From contig CM035355.1 in the NCBI GenBank assembly GCA_020137815.1, positions 496,001 to 560,000 of the forward strand: DNA of 64,000 nt, read 5' to 3'. Source of the DNA: Hormiphora californensis. Its lineage: Eukaryota > Animalia > Ctenophora. Numbering within the stretch: position 1 is the first letter of the stretch; each line of letters begins with the position of its first letter. The notes beneath the pieces were generated by a model. The model did not search any database. It saw nothing but the letters and a program-made list of their open reading frames with translations, and was not told the origin of the DNA. This document shows positions 52,431 through 64,000 of the stretch, in pieces. The position numbers and the translations under genes are program-made.

Positions 52431-53428
52431 TAGTAAGGGACCGGAACCCCATTTTATGCCCTGATTAGGAAATTTTTTTAGACCAGCTAATTCCTTCACC
52501 AATGTGTTCCCAAGGGTCTCCCTTAACACCACAGAAAACCCTAAAATCCAGTGAGCGGTGGAACACCCTCATTTCCGGGTGGGCGTGGTACCTGTATTTT
52601 CAGCCTGAGGCCAAAAACCTAAGTACCCTTAAAATGGGAGTAGAGATAAAATCGAGGGCACTAAAGTGATCAGCGCCCTCGCATTAGTGGGGGTAGGTAC
52701 CGGAATTAAGTCTCTATCTCATCTGGTTAATTAAATAATTGGATAATTAGGTATGCGCATAAACGTTTTTTGGCTATATGGCTATAGCCATTTAGGAATG
52801 GTTTAGAGACTTTTCACTGGTGTCATTTTGTTCAGAAGAAAATTCTAGAGAGAAGTTGTAGAAAAATTTAGGGCCTATCTCTTACCGTTTTGCCGTTATT
52901 TACGGTAAAAGAATGCCAAATTAGTCGAAAAAGCCAAAAATCGAGTTAATTGGCATTCGTTTACCGCAAATAACGGCAAAATGGTAAGAGATAGGCCCTA
53001 AATTTTTCCACAACTTCTCTCTAGAATTTTCTTTTGAACAAAATGACACCAGTGAAAAGTCTCTAAACCATTCCTAAATGGCTATAGCCATATAGCCAAA
53101 AAACGGTTATGCGCATACCTAATTATCCAATTATCTAATTAACCAGATGAGATAGAGACTTAATTCCGGCACCTACCCCCACTAATGCGAGGGCGCTGAT
53201 CACTTTAGTGCCCTCGATTTTATCTCTACTCCCATTTTAAGGGTACTTAGGTTTTTGGCCTCAGGCTGAAAATACAGGTACCACGCCCACCCGGAAATGA
53301 GGGTGTTCCACCGCTCACCGGATTTTAGGGTTTTCTGTGGTGTTAAGGGAGACCCTTGGGAACACATTGGTGAAGGAATTAGCTGGTCTAAAAAAATTTC
53401 CTAATCATAGGGCTCCGGTCCCTAACTA
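52431..53428. mobile_element. About 1-kb near-perfect palindrome (foldback element)
   Basis: Arms of about 490 bp with few mismatches and a loop of about 25 nt near 52922-52947. TSD unclear. Confidence 0.85.
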
Positions 53429-53681
53429 CTTTGCATTCGGGCGATCTTTGATTCTTTGAAAGTGTATACTGAAGATATTGACCTTGGTTAACAATTTAAA
53501 AGTCATGTTTGGACAAGCGATGAAAGGGCATTTGGTTCACAATAAAGAATGAGAGATGTTTGGGTATCAAATTCCTAACTGAGTATCGGCTCAGTAACAC
53601 CGCACAGTCGGTACCTGGACCACAAGCAGAATTTGGTAAAATTAAAAACATTAGTAGAGGGGTTGTAGCACCGGGAGGTAA

Positions 53682-53950
53682 TGAGTAAACACACACACGC
53701 ATTGAGCAAGCTCAATGTTTAGCTATTCTCCGGCTGGGTATAGGGCTGAGGTACTGGCAAGATATAGTAGGATCGCTACTGCCCACATATATATACCTGT
53801 GACCCCCCAACCTTTTAAACTTGTATATCCGAATAAACTTGACATGTGGGCAGTAGCGATCCTACTATATCTTGCCAGTACCTCAGCCCTATACCCAGCC
53901 GGAGAATAGCTAAACATTGAGCTTGCTCAATGCGTGTGTGTGTTTACTCA
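53682..53950. repeat. 269-bp hairpin with 107-bp perfect arms
   Basis: TGAGTAAACACACACACGC...GCCCACAT and its reverse complement; explains the mirror ORFs 53715+ and 53723-. Confidence 0.9.
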
Positions 53951-54665
53951 AAAATTAAAAACAATTTTCAAGCTCATATCATAAACTGCAGATTCAATTG
54001 ACCAGTGATCACCGCTTACATGAGTGATCAATGATCAATGACCATTGACCGGTAAGCGGAGTTTCAGTAGTCAGTAGCTAGTCAGGGCTTCGGCCCGAAA
54101 CCTTCGGAGTTCGGGGCTCGGGCCGATGTATCAGCTTCGAATTTTGGAGTCTAAAACACATGATCGACATTAGTCATCTATAATACAGGACTAAGAACGT
54201 TATACGTGAAAAATTACCTTCATATTGCTAATTGCCATGATGGGGGCTGCGAACGACAGTTGATCCCAAAATTCGTGTTGTTTTTTTTTCACTTCAAGAA
54301 AACGACAAATCTTTTAAATTATTTTTAAAACACTGGAAACTTTGCGCGCGCACTAAATATCTGTCAAAAACGCGCGGTTTAAAGCCGCATCGTGAGACAA
54401 AATTTACCGCACATTCCATTCCCATGGGAAAACTAAAAAACGCCATTCAAAATATGAAACTATTAAGGTCAGAAAATTAATTTTATAGCCTAACATAACA
54501 TCCAGAAACATTTAATAAAACCAAAACCGAAGTACAAGACATGAGTGTCACTGTATGCCATGCCGCCATGATCAGCCCTGATCTACTCAGTACACTATCA
54601 AATCAAAACTGTGCCGAATTGAAGTCGTCACTGCCACTGCCAGAATATAAGAGTCTCGATCTCTC

Positions 54666-57600
54666 TCACTTGCCAGAGTGTTCTCTGTAGCACTTAACAC
54701 AAACTAACGCTGGACTCACCAAATTCTTATCCGGCACACAAATCTTATTCTTGGCACAATTCCCACAAAACACATTCCCACACAACCGACAATGGTGCCT
54801 CATCCTCAGTTTCAAAGCAGAGAACTTCTCTTTACAGTTGTGACAGTTAGGGGCATCACTGTCTCTCACCCAAACCACTGCATCACCCTTCTCAGGCTCA
54901 TTCTGGTCCCTCCACAGATCATATCTCAGATAGTTCTCCTTCCAGAGCAACATGTGGCGAAGGGAGACCCGGGGAGAGAGGGGAGATTGTGTCTCCTGGT
55001 AGAGAGGGTTAGTTAGATCATCTCTCATTCCATCCAGGATGTCCCAGATGGGAAGAAGATGGGAGTGTGTTCGTTCAGAGGGACAGTTACGAAGGAACGA
55101 GCTGGTCCATCCACTGCCGTGTAGGTCAAACAAAACGAGAAGGAGCTGTGAAGTGAACTGGAAGTACCGTCCAAATTGTGACATGATCTGATACATGCCA
55201 TCCAAGAATAGGGAGAATATTGGTGATCTTTGGTCAGCGTGCCCTAATCCTAATCGATCGTGAAAACGATGCCCAAAACTCAGCCATTCCCGCTCTATCA
55301 GCACTTGTATTCCCTCATGAGTCCTATAATAAGGGTCCACTAGAATCAGGCCTAGAGATGTCAACTGGCTGGTCCTGTCCCACCCGTCAGAACAATGGAC
55401 CAGGGCTGGGCCCCCAGCAGCCAGGTGATGGGATACCTGGACGGCTCCAGATAACATGCCACTAACATGCCCCAACCATCCAGTGTGCTCCAACCTACTC
55501 AGTGACTTCCCCTGACACCGGGTACTACACAGGGCCGTTAGTTTGTTACTACTCTCTCTGATCGCGTGGATGTTGGCCATATCCAGATAGGTTAGTTTTG
55601 TGTTCCGATAGTTATCAGTATTTTCAGTTCCTTTTCCCTTCATCTTGTTCCCTTCTGCCGCTATCCGGGACCTGGGGAGAGAGGTAGTTGTTGAGTGTGT
55701 GTGAGGGGAAGGGGATGGTTTCATGAGGTTGGGAGGCGGGTGTAGGCCGTAGGGGTATGGTATTGAATTGTTCAAACTCCTAAAAGGGGTCTAAAACATT
55801 TCATGACTAGATAAAATTAGTTAAACTCTCACAGTTTTTACCTTGCATCGAATATGACCAATGGTAAGTTCCCTCCATCATCATCACGTCTCTGAGCGGA
55901 CAACTCCTGGACATGCGCCAGCAGCTCTTCGTCCTCAGTACAATTCTTCTTTAGGATTCCAGTCCGGGGCTGGGCGCTTCTCATTAGGATGGCCCCCGTG
56001 CTGGGATTCTGCCAACTCAGCGCTGGCATCCGCCCTTTTGATCTGGGAGAGTTGGAATGTTAATTGGGAGAGAAACCTACTTGATCAAAACCCATATGAG
56101 TCATGACCATGATACCATAATAATAACCCTATACCATGATGGTCCTCGCGTAATTTCCCCTCTAAAACTCGTGTTTTTAACCCACCTAAATCCTCGAACT
56201 GAATCAAGGAGGGCCACAGTGGCAGACCTCCGTGGCACGTAGAATGTGGGGGGATATGATTTACACAGGTTATACTCCGTGTTATCAACTTTAGCCCATG
56301 CTAACATACCACCTGTAACAATCATATTGGGTTTTTGTCTATCTAGGTCTTGAGATAAAACTACAATTTAGAATGTGATAAATACTTGTCATACTAAATA
56401 ACTTTATCTGTAACATCAGGATAGTCAAAAGATAATCATACCTTGTCGCTTGTTGTCCCCAACGAGGCAAGATTTAACCGCCTGGACCTTTCTCTTGGAC
56501 CCAACCTCACCCTCATCACCATCACTAGCTCTGTTGAGGTGACAAGGCTGAAACTGTGGGGCGTTCTTCTTATGGAATGCTATCCTCCACTTTAGACTTT
56601 TCATTTGAAGTGTAGAGTCAGGGTAGCTTCGGTGAAATATCCTGGCATCTCGAGTCAATGTGACCTCTTTACCACGTGATACCGTCTGAAGGCGAGGGGT
56701 GTTTAGAGACAGAGAATACTGACATAAGTTATTGACTAACACTAATTGCTGAATGTTGATTTTAAATGAATTAACTGCAAAAGAAATATCAATAGAACTT
56801 CATTATGATTATAGATTTACACGTACCCCTTTGAGATATGATTTGAAACTGGAAATGCTGGAGCCGGTGTAGTTTCTATCGCGGGCTATATCCTCGTCCA
56901 ATAAATCCACACTGTCAACAGAACCAGCATCTGTAAAAACATTGGGATTTATTTTATAAAGGAGATTGTTTGTAACTGAGCTTTTTACATAATTCGAATA
57001 GGAAGGGGGGGGGTCCGAATGCATTATTTCTTCTTCCTACACTCACGATCACGAGATCTCGTTCATTCTTCCTTTGCTTGTGACTCAGATCAACCTTAAC
57101 TCAATTTGCCTTTATTTGGGGGGCTTTGTTTGTGTGTAGACTTGAGAATATGAGCTATGTTCTTTATATCTGACTCATTTGATAATATAGTTCAAATCTA
57201 ACTTCTTTCATTCATCTAGTGATACAAATAATGTATGTTCCACAAGACATTGGAACCTGCTACCTCGATCTTCCTGGACTAAATGACCTGACTCTGCTTG
57301 CTGCGGATGGTAGAACCGTCAAGGCTAACTCCTTCGTTCTATCTGCTAACAGTTCTGTTATAAAAGAAACCGTTAACGGAAGAGAAGCTGCTAGGCAAAT
57401 AGAAATTGACCTATCCGAGTTTTCTGAAGAGACAGTGAGGAAGTTGGTCTGGTGTTGCTATACTGGACTTCGCTATACGGGGGAGGGTGTAACTGAAGTT
57501 GAGAAACTGGCTGACTTTCTTGAGGTGAACTGGTATAAAAAGGGGTGGAAAGAAAGACTGGGCGACTTCCTCAAAATCAAATGGCTTTGCCAAAGTGAAA

Positions 57601-60600
57601 CACCAAAACTCCAGCTTCCCCAAAATTTCGGCGCCGAAAACCTTGAAGTTGTTAGTCTTCTAGATCTTAAACTTGAGAATCTGGGTGGGAGAACGGTCGA
57701 AGCTAATTCATTTGTTATGGCTTGTAATAGTCCTGTCATCTATAAATTAGTTGGCGAAATGAATGAGACAGAGATTGACTTACAAGAATTCTCGGACAGT
57801 GCTGTCAACTGCTTTGTTTACTCGTGCTACACTGGCTCTGTTTCACAATTTCTAACTGAGGAATACTTTCGAGAGATCAACAAGCTAAGCATAGCCTTGA
57901 AAGTAGAATGGATACGAAGGGAATGTCTTATTTTCTACTGCAAACTCTCTGCAAACTTGACCAACTCTCTCGAGAATGCCCTGTTCCTTTTTGAAGAAGC
58001 GGCATTTCTGATGAAAGAAGCAGGAAGTATAGGTAGACAGTTTCAAGAAGCCCTTGATATTGTCCTACAATCGTATCCTGATCTGCGATTGAGGGTTGTT
58101 GAGAGTTTCATGTCCCGGGATCTAGCGAATGAGCACTACTCTAAAGCAGATCTCTGTGTTCTAATAGCACGAGACTCGACCCCGGTCATATTTAGGCATC
58201 TCATCGGTATATTTGCGAGTAAGACTCCACCTTTTTTGTTAAACGAATGTGAGAAAAGACTGTTGGACAAAGATGCGCTATCAAAATGCTCATCTCTTGA
58301 GCAAGAAGTCTACCATGAATTCTTCAAGATTTTAAATCATGATTTGGACAAAGAAGAAATTGGTTTTGTTATAAAAGTCCTACAAAAAGGCCTTGCTGGA
58401 AAAAGAAATATAGTAGAGGATATTGAAGTCAAAGAAGAAATGAGTGTAGCGATTTCTAGAATTGTTCAGTTTCCAAAATGTTTAGACATCAATGTCTGGA
58501 GTTTTCGATTTAGCGATTTAAAAATTGTTTTAAGTCTCAAATTCTGCCATTTGGTTGAAGTTATGTTTGAGATTTATTCCATACTTTGTGACGTTATCTT
58601 AGATCCAGATCTAGGGTTTTTTTCAATTATACTTAAGCTAATACGCCAATCTCATTACCGGATGATTTACACAGGTATTCAAAATCAACAGCCTATAACT
58701 AGACTAAATATAATATCAATGATATTATTCTTAATTTGCTTATACAGTGAAATTTGCTTATACAGTGCATTTATACTGATTTTACTCCAGCCGGAGCAAA
58801 TTATAGGTTTAATACTACCCTTATTGGTTCCATTTTCTTTAATATGCCTTACAAACTTAGTTAAACGTCAAAAATCACTTTTGCAGATTATATTATCTCG
58901 AATTTGGGTAGTAATTTTCTGGTCAGTTAGTGTTTTAAACTTATTGATATCCAAACTGTGTAAAAACCACAACCGAGTTATTGTATCTGATAAGATAGAG
59001 GGAGATATTAGCCGGAAATATTTTAATATATGTTTAGATCTGCAGGGTGATTGTAAGAAACTCCCTACCTCTTCTACCAATCGGTGCAGTATTGCAGTTA
59101 AGATTACTACTTGCTTTGTAGACGATTGGCCGAATGCAAAAATTCAGTTGTGTGACGATAAAGAATTTCTTTTTGAGCACCAGAGAGAGACGTGTTTACA
59201 CCAGGACCAGTCAATTATTGAAACAATGTTTGTTCGAGTGGGTGGTCGGGCGATAACGGCCCGATTTCCGGGGCTTCCCGACCCAAACTTGGCTAAAGAA
59301 CTGAACCCGGGAAGAAAGACTTGGTATACGAACCCTGAAGGGCAATTGGAGCTATTCTGGCTTCCAATGATCCCCAAAGAGTTCGATACACCACCGCCAT
59401 AAGTGAATCTCTTGATGCAAATGCAACCACAGTTTTTAGCATGATAACTTATTATATAAAGCTCGAGAAGATATTTTTCGTTTATGACACGGGAACTGGT
59501 TTTAGCTGATGAGAAATGAGCTGAATTTTTATTCTCCCTATCAAATGAGTTTGAATTGTTAAACAAGGATTATTGGATTATGTATTCATACATAATGCGG
59601 TGTTTCCTTGGTACCATTGCCACCTATTCACGCTTCGCTAGTAAAAAGGCACCATTCAATAGGGGCAGATCAATTTGCCTTTATTTGGGTCTTTGTTTGT
59701 CACCATGTGTAGACTTGAGAATATGAGTTATGTTGCGTATATCTGACTCATTTGATGTGTTATAGTTCAAATCTAACTTATTTCATCCATCTAGTGATAC
59801 AAATAATGTATGTTCCACAAGACATTGGAACCTGCTACCTCGATCTTCCTGGACTAAATGACCTGACTCTGCTTGCTGCGGATGGTAGAACCGTCAAGGC
59901 TAACTCCTTCGTTCTATTTGCCAACAGTTCTTTTATCAAAGAAACCATTAACAGAAGGGAAGCTGCTAGGCAAATAGAAATTGACCTAACTGAGTTTTCT
60001 GAAGAGACAGTGAAGAAGTTGATTTGGTGTTGCTACACTGGAATTCAGTACAGGGATGATACACTTAATGTTGCGGAACTGGCTGATTTTCTTAAGGTGA
60101 AATGGTTTCAGCGAGAGGACATGGCAACACGCAATTTCAAAGTGCCCCAAAACTTCGGAGCTGATAATCTTCAATGCTTCGGATTACAAGATCTTAAACT
60201 TGAGACTCTGGGTGGGAGAACGGTCGAAGTTAGTTCTTTTGTTATGGCCTGTAATAGCCCTATAATCTGTGAATTATTTGGCGAAATGAATGAGACAGAG
60301 ATTGACTTACAAGAATTCTCGGTCTGTGCTGTCAACTGCTTTGTTTACTCGTGCTACACTGGCTGTGTGAAACAATTTCTAACTGAGGAATACTTTCGAG
60401 AGATCAACAAGCTAAGCATAGCCTTGAAAGTAGAATGGATCCGGAGAGAATGTCTTGTTTTCTACTGCAAACTCTCAGCAAACTTGACCAACTCTCTCGA
60501 GAATGCACTATTCCTTTTTGAAGAAGCCGCATTTCTGATGAAAGAGGCAGGGAGTATAGGTAGACAGTTTCAAGAGGCCCTTGATATTGGCCTACAATCG

Positions 60601-63010
60601 TATCCTGATCTGCGATTGAGGGTTGTTAAGAGTTTCATGTCCCGGGATCTAGCGAATGAATCAACCGCTAAAGCAGATCTATGCATTCAACTGGCACAAG
60701 ACTCACCAGCTATAATTGAAGTTATTTACAAACGGCTTATCGATATCCTATCCAACAAAACTCAACCATTCACTCTGAACGAATGTGAAACGAGATTCAT
60801 AAATTATGAAACTCTAGAATATTGCGAGATTTTTCGTCCAGGCGTATATTATGAGTTTATTAATGTGTATTATTCGGGAACATGCGACGAAGTTATAAGG
60901 ATGGGATTTGGTATGCCAGGCAGGGGGTTAACAGTGAACAGAAAAGCAGCCGACGAAACCGAAATTAAAGATAAGATGGAGTGGGAAATATCTCAAATCG
61001 TTCAGTTTCCAATTAACTTCAAATTTCACGTTTGGAGTTTTCCAGGGATAAATCTACTGACCTTACGAAAGAGTCTCAGTCATCATCAATTTGTTGAAGC
61101 CATGTATGAAGTTAACTCAATTGTAAGTGAAAATTATCTCGGGCCAGACGTAGGCTTACTGCGAACCTTGTATGAAGGTTGTACACTTGAATTATATTGT
61201 AGATTTTGTAGATTCATTATTTTGTTCCTTACTGGTCATTATTTAGTGGGGAACAGTCGAAACTTTCGTTCCTCGGTGAAACCAATAGTAGAATTTTGGG
61301 AAGCGTGTGTGACCCTACTTTTCGTCACATTAACTCTGTGGATTTTCTTTAAAGTGTGTATTTCACTTGACATTTATTTGGGTACCGTCGGAGGGATAGA
61401 ACCAAGTTTTCTTGAAGAAATTTTTGAATTTTTATCAAGTATGCTGTTAATCTACATACTAACAATTTATTCCGTCGATTTCGTATTGACATATAATAAT
61501 TACACACATTCTCGAATTTGGATAGGGATTTTTTGGCTGGTGAAGATGTATAACGCAGTTAGATCCAAACTGTGTAACAAACCAAGCCGAGTTGTTGTAT
61601 CTGATGAGATAGAGGGAGAGAGCCGGCAACATTTTAATATCTGTTTGGATCTGTATGGTTTTTGTAAGAAATCCTCTACTACTTCTACCAATCGTTGCAG
61701 TATTGCAGTTAAAATTACTGCTTGCTTTGTAGACGAATGGCCGAATGTAAAAATTCAGTTGTGTGACGATAAGGAATTTCTTTTTGAGCACCAGAGAGAG
61801 ACGTGTTTACACCAGGAACAGTCGATTATTGAAACAATGTTTGTTCGATTGGGTGGTCGGCCAACCACGGCCCGATTTCCGGGTCGTCAATATTTAGTTC
61901 GTATGGTTAACTACAACCGGATCATAGAAGATTATCCTGGAAGTGGATCTGCGAATCTGATCCAACAGGGGTCATTGGAGCTATTCTGGCTTCCAATGAT
62001 CCCCATAGAGTGAAAACTAGATGTACCACCGGACCGCCATTTTGCATGTAGCCGCATGAGAAATCTCGAAAATATCTTTTTTCGTATTATTTATGAAAGA
62101 TCTGGCAAGCTAGTTTATGAGAAATAAGCTTAATTTTGTTATGCCTATCAAATGAGTTTGAATTGTAAATATAATAAATCACCCACCATTAGTTAGCTGT
62201 ATTTTAGGAACACCACCACCACTGCTAGCACCTCTGGTGGGTTCCAGCAGCCCGCCCTCCCCTATATCCTCATCTTCACTAAACACAGGACCACTAGTGG
62301 GGGAGGGTGTTCTTTGCTCGACATATAACCTGCTACCCAGGATCCAATCCTCTGTTTCTCCTTCTGAACCTGTTGTCTAGAGAGGGTGGGAGGGGTTCCG
62401 GGTTAGAGAGGGGGAGAGGGGTTAGAAGTAGATCTAGTATTGGAGGTCATCGGATAAAGGAATCAATTGATCAACGATCATACATGCACTACTTACATCT
62501 CTCGCCTCACCATCACTCTCGGGGAGGTAGGAGGAGAAGGAAGAGGGTCTAACTCCCCCCTCACCAGTCACTGTCAGACTAGTGCTAGGCACCTTCATCT
62601 CCATTACAAGCTTATCTGGATAGTTAGATAGTATAGAGTTAGGACATGTAATGTGGCGGAAAGGAATTATAAAAAGGGATATTTTGTCATGCGGCCGAGA
62701 GATAAGCAATAAGAAGAACTAGAAAGTGCAGAAGATGTTCACGAACCTTTGCTATTGATTCGTTCCCGTACCAGGTTTGCCATGCCACTATCCCGGAAAT
62801 TTAGAGTGGATACAGGCACTGAGATTTTGAATGTCCTGCAATCTGCACACTGGACTGTGTAAACACGCTTCCGATTCTGTTGGGATACGTATCAATATGA
62901 AGCCAGGGATTACATAGGGACAAAGATATAGTCGGTATTATAATCTTACCCTTTTGGTAACATATGTGAACAGTGGAAATTGGCCAACTTCTACTAACTC
63001 CATCTGCCAA
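54666..63010 (-). CDS. Myotubularin-family phosphoinositide 3-phosphatase with C-terminal FYVE domain
   Basis: Exons 55671-54666 (LVHCSDGWDRTSQ, IEREWLSFGHRF, FYVE WVRDSDAPNC..RHHCRLCG..VC), 56042-55842 (RSKGRMPALSW..RSAQP), 56312-56186 (NTEYNLCKSYP), 56685-56442 and 56930-56827. After a 5.3-kb intron: 62376-62187, 62615-62497, about 62842-62747 and about 63010-62950. Start codon and subfamily (MTMR3/4 vs others) not resolved. Confidence 0.85.
57231..59402 (+). CDS. Intronless double-BTB/POZ protein with hydrophobic (TM-like) segments, copy 1
   Basis: Two BTB-like units (DLTLLAADGRTVKANSFVLSANSSVI..EIDLSEFS..CYTG; DLKLENLGGRTVEANSFVMACNSPVI..IDLQEFS..CYTG), hydrophobic stretches at about aa 490-580, and a Cys/His-rich C-terminus. 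First ATG at 57231. Confidence 0.85.
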   Translation: MYVPQDIGTCYLDLPGLNDLTLLAADGRTVKANSFVLSANSSVIKETVNGREAARQIEIDLSEFSEETVRKLVWCCYTGLRYTGEGVTEVEKLADFLEVNWYKKGWKERLGDFLKIKWLCQSETPKLQLPQNFGAENLEVVSLLDLKLENLGGRTVEANSFVMACNSPVIYKLVGEMNETEIDLQEFSDSAVNCFVYSCYTGSVSQFLTEEYFREINKLSIALKVEWIRRECLIFYCKLSANLTNSLENALFLFEEAAFLMKEAGSIGRQFQEALDIVLQSYPDLRLRVVESFMSRDLANEHYSKADLCVLIARDSTPVIFRHLIGIFASKTPPFLLNECEKRLLDKDALSKCSSLEQEVYHEFFKILNHDLDKEEIGFVIKVLQKGLAGKRNIVEDIEVKEEMSVAISRIVQFPKCLDINVWSFRFSDLKIVLSLKFCHLVEVMFEIYSILCDVILDPDLGFFSIILKLIRQSHYRMIYTGIQNQQPITRLNIISMILFLICLYSEICLYSAFILILLQPEQIIGLILPLLVPFSLICLTNLVKRQKSLLQIILSRIWVVIFWSVSVLNLLISKLCKNHNRVIVSDKIEGDISRKYFNICLDLQGDCKKLPTSSTNRCSIAVKITTCFVDDWPNAKIQLCDDKEFLFEHQRETCLHQDQSIIETMFVRVGGRAITARFPGLPDPNLAKELNPGRKTWYTNPEGQLELFWLPMIPKEFDTPPP
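59806..62013 (+). CDS. Intronless double-BTB/POZ protein with hydrophobic (TM-like) segments, copy 2
   Basis: Tandem paralog of 57231-59402. The duplicated unit, including flanks, is about 57088-59560 vs 59667-62166. Confidence 0.85.
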   Translation: MYVPQDIGTCYLDLPGLNDLTLLAADGRTVKANSFVLFANSSFIKETINRREAARQIEIDLTEFSEETVKKLIWCCYTGIQYRDDTLNVAELADFLKVKWFQREDMATRNFKVPQNFGADNLQCFGLQDLKLETLGGRTVEVSSFVMACNSPIICELFGEMNETEIDLQEFSVCAVNCFVYSCYTGCVKQFLTEEYFREINKLSIALKVEWIRRECLVFYCKLSANLTNSLENALFLFEEAAFLMKEAGSIGRQFQEALDIGLQSYPDLRLRVVKSFMSRDLANESTAKADLCIQLAQDSPAIIEVIYKRLIDILSNKTQPFTLNECETRFINYETLEYCEIFRPGVYYEFINVYYSGTCDEVIRMGFGMPGRGLTVNRKAADETEIKDKMEWEISQIVQFPINFKFHVWSFPGINLLTLRKSLSHHQFVEAMYEVNSIVSENYLGPDVGLLRTLYEGCTLELYCRFCRFIILFLTGHYLVGNSRNFRSSVKPIVEFWEACVTLLFVTLTLWIFFKVCISLDIYLGTVGGIEPSFLEEIFEFLSSMLLIYILTIYSVDFVLTYNNYTHSRIWIGIFWLVKMYNAVRSKLCNKPSRVVVSDEIEGESRQHFNICLDLYGFCKKSSTTSTNRCSIAVKITACFVDEWPNVKIQLCDDKEFLFEHQRETCLHQEQSIIETMFVRLGGRPTTARFPGRQYLVRMVNYNRIIEDYPGSGSANLIQQGSLELFWLPMIPIE

Positions 63011-64000
63011 CTGTTCAACAGCAGTAGGTACTTACGGGTGCGATTTCTCCTTTAGAGATACTGGTTATGTTGTTAAATGTAGTCCACATAGTTAGTTCTG
63101 CATGCTCCCCTCGTATCGGTATCACTAGTAACCTATTAAGGGTCAAGGGAGTCACATCTTCTTGTTCTTGGTTTTGGAGTTCTGGGGATCCAGTGCTCGG
63201 TAAATTTTCCCACGGTCTGCCACGATTCGCGCGCACCAATTCACAAGTGAGAACCCGCGCCCTCCGCTATCGACCAAATTTAGTAGGAACTGCACTGGGA
63301 GCTGCACAAGCGAAAAACTCAAATTTCATTCTGATTCCTGGAGACTCAAATAAAACGGTACCTCCAATAAATTACCTGAAGTTGGTGAGATAAACAGATG
63401 CAGGGTAAGAAATATCACACATTTCAACCGATACATCAGACATTAGACATTCTACTTTCTCAAGATCACCTAGAGAACACATTGTTAGATTTGTAACATC
63501 TTAAATTAAATTAATTAATTAACTATAAATTGTTACACACTAATTAGTAATTACCTGGATAATTGATATCTTGTCCACTGTTAGCATCGTGTCTGGTATA
63601 TTGGAGGAAGGGAGGCGGAAATGGTAGCGTGGAGATATCTGACTGTCCTGACCAGCTTGCAAAATCCTGAACGGGTAAACAGTACACACACAAACTCATA
63701 GTATCAAGTATCCCAATATTTTGTAATAAACTGCTAGAATTAAATGATCTGGAATGCCCCATTACTTCAAAAACTGTATTTCAAGGTGAATTCATGAACA
63801 CCAGGCATGTGGGAGGGGAAGCAAGGTGTTAAATTTCAAGATGGTGGATAGAGCATATAATACCCCGAGTGTAAAATCAACTTTCAGATTCACCAGGTGA
63901 TCGAGGAAACACATTTTATGCAGCTGTGTGAGTGAGAAGTGAACATAGGTATAAAGGAAGTGAAGCTAGAGGGCTTCTCTTTACTATTCCAATATTGTCT

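Noticed and set aside
53715-53917. Mirror-image 64-aa ORFs
   Set aside because: They arise from the perfect hairpin.

Overview
Eukaryotic (animal) genomic DNA with short GT-AG introns, abundant (GA)n microsatellites, many MITE/foldback elements and nested genes. This architecture would fit a ctenophore-like genome, but the taxon cannot be proven from the sequence. Positions 1-6760 are a homopolymer-corrupted direct copy of about 6770-13520 plus unmatched flank, most likely an assembly or base-calling artefact. Genes assembled by hand: the 5' exons of a NIM1-family kinase (-); frameshifted multi-PDZ exons inside a 4.5-kb inverted-repeat-bounded segment; a 19-exon FERM-PTP of the PTPN14/21/Pez type (+) with two duplicated alternative last exons; an unidentified 8-exon gene of about 256 aa (-); and a FYVE-bearing myotubularin (-) whose 5.3-kb intron holds two antisense, intronless, tandem genes encoding double-BTB plus transmembrane proteins. 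Mobile DNA includes a full-length RTE LINE (10-bp TSD, candidate HDV-like ribozyme, interrupted by a 9-bp-TSD element), two ORF1-only retroelements with their own tails, a 1.2-kb foldback built from 10-bp AAAGCGCTTT units, and several MITEs. An apparently empty stretch (about 39.3-43.6 kb) carries collinear degenerate motifs of a Mononegavirales L polymerase and is a probable ancient endogenous viral element. All identifications come from reading motifs by eye; no database searches were run.
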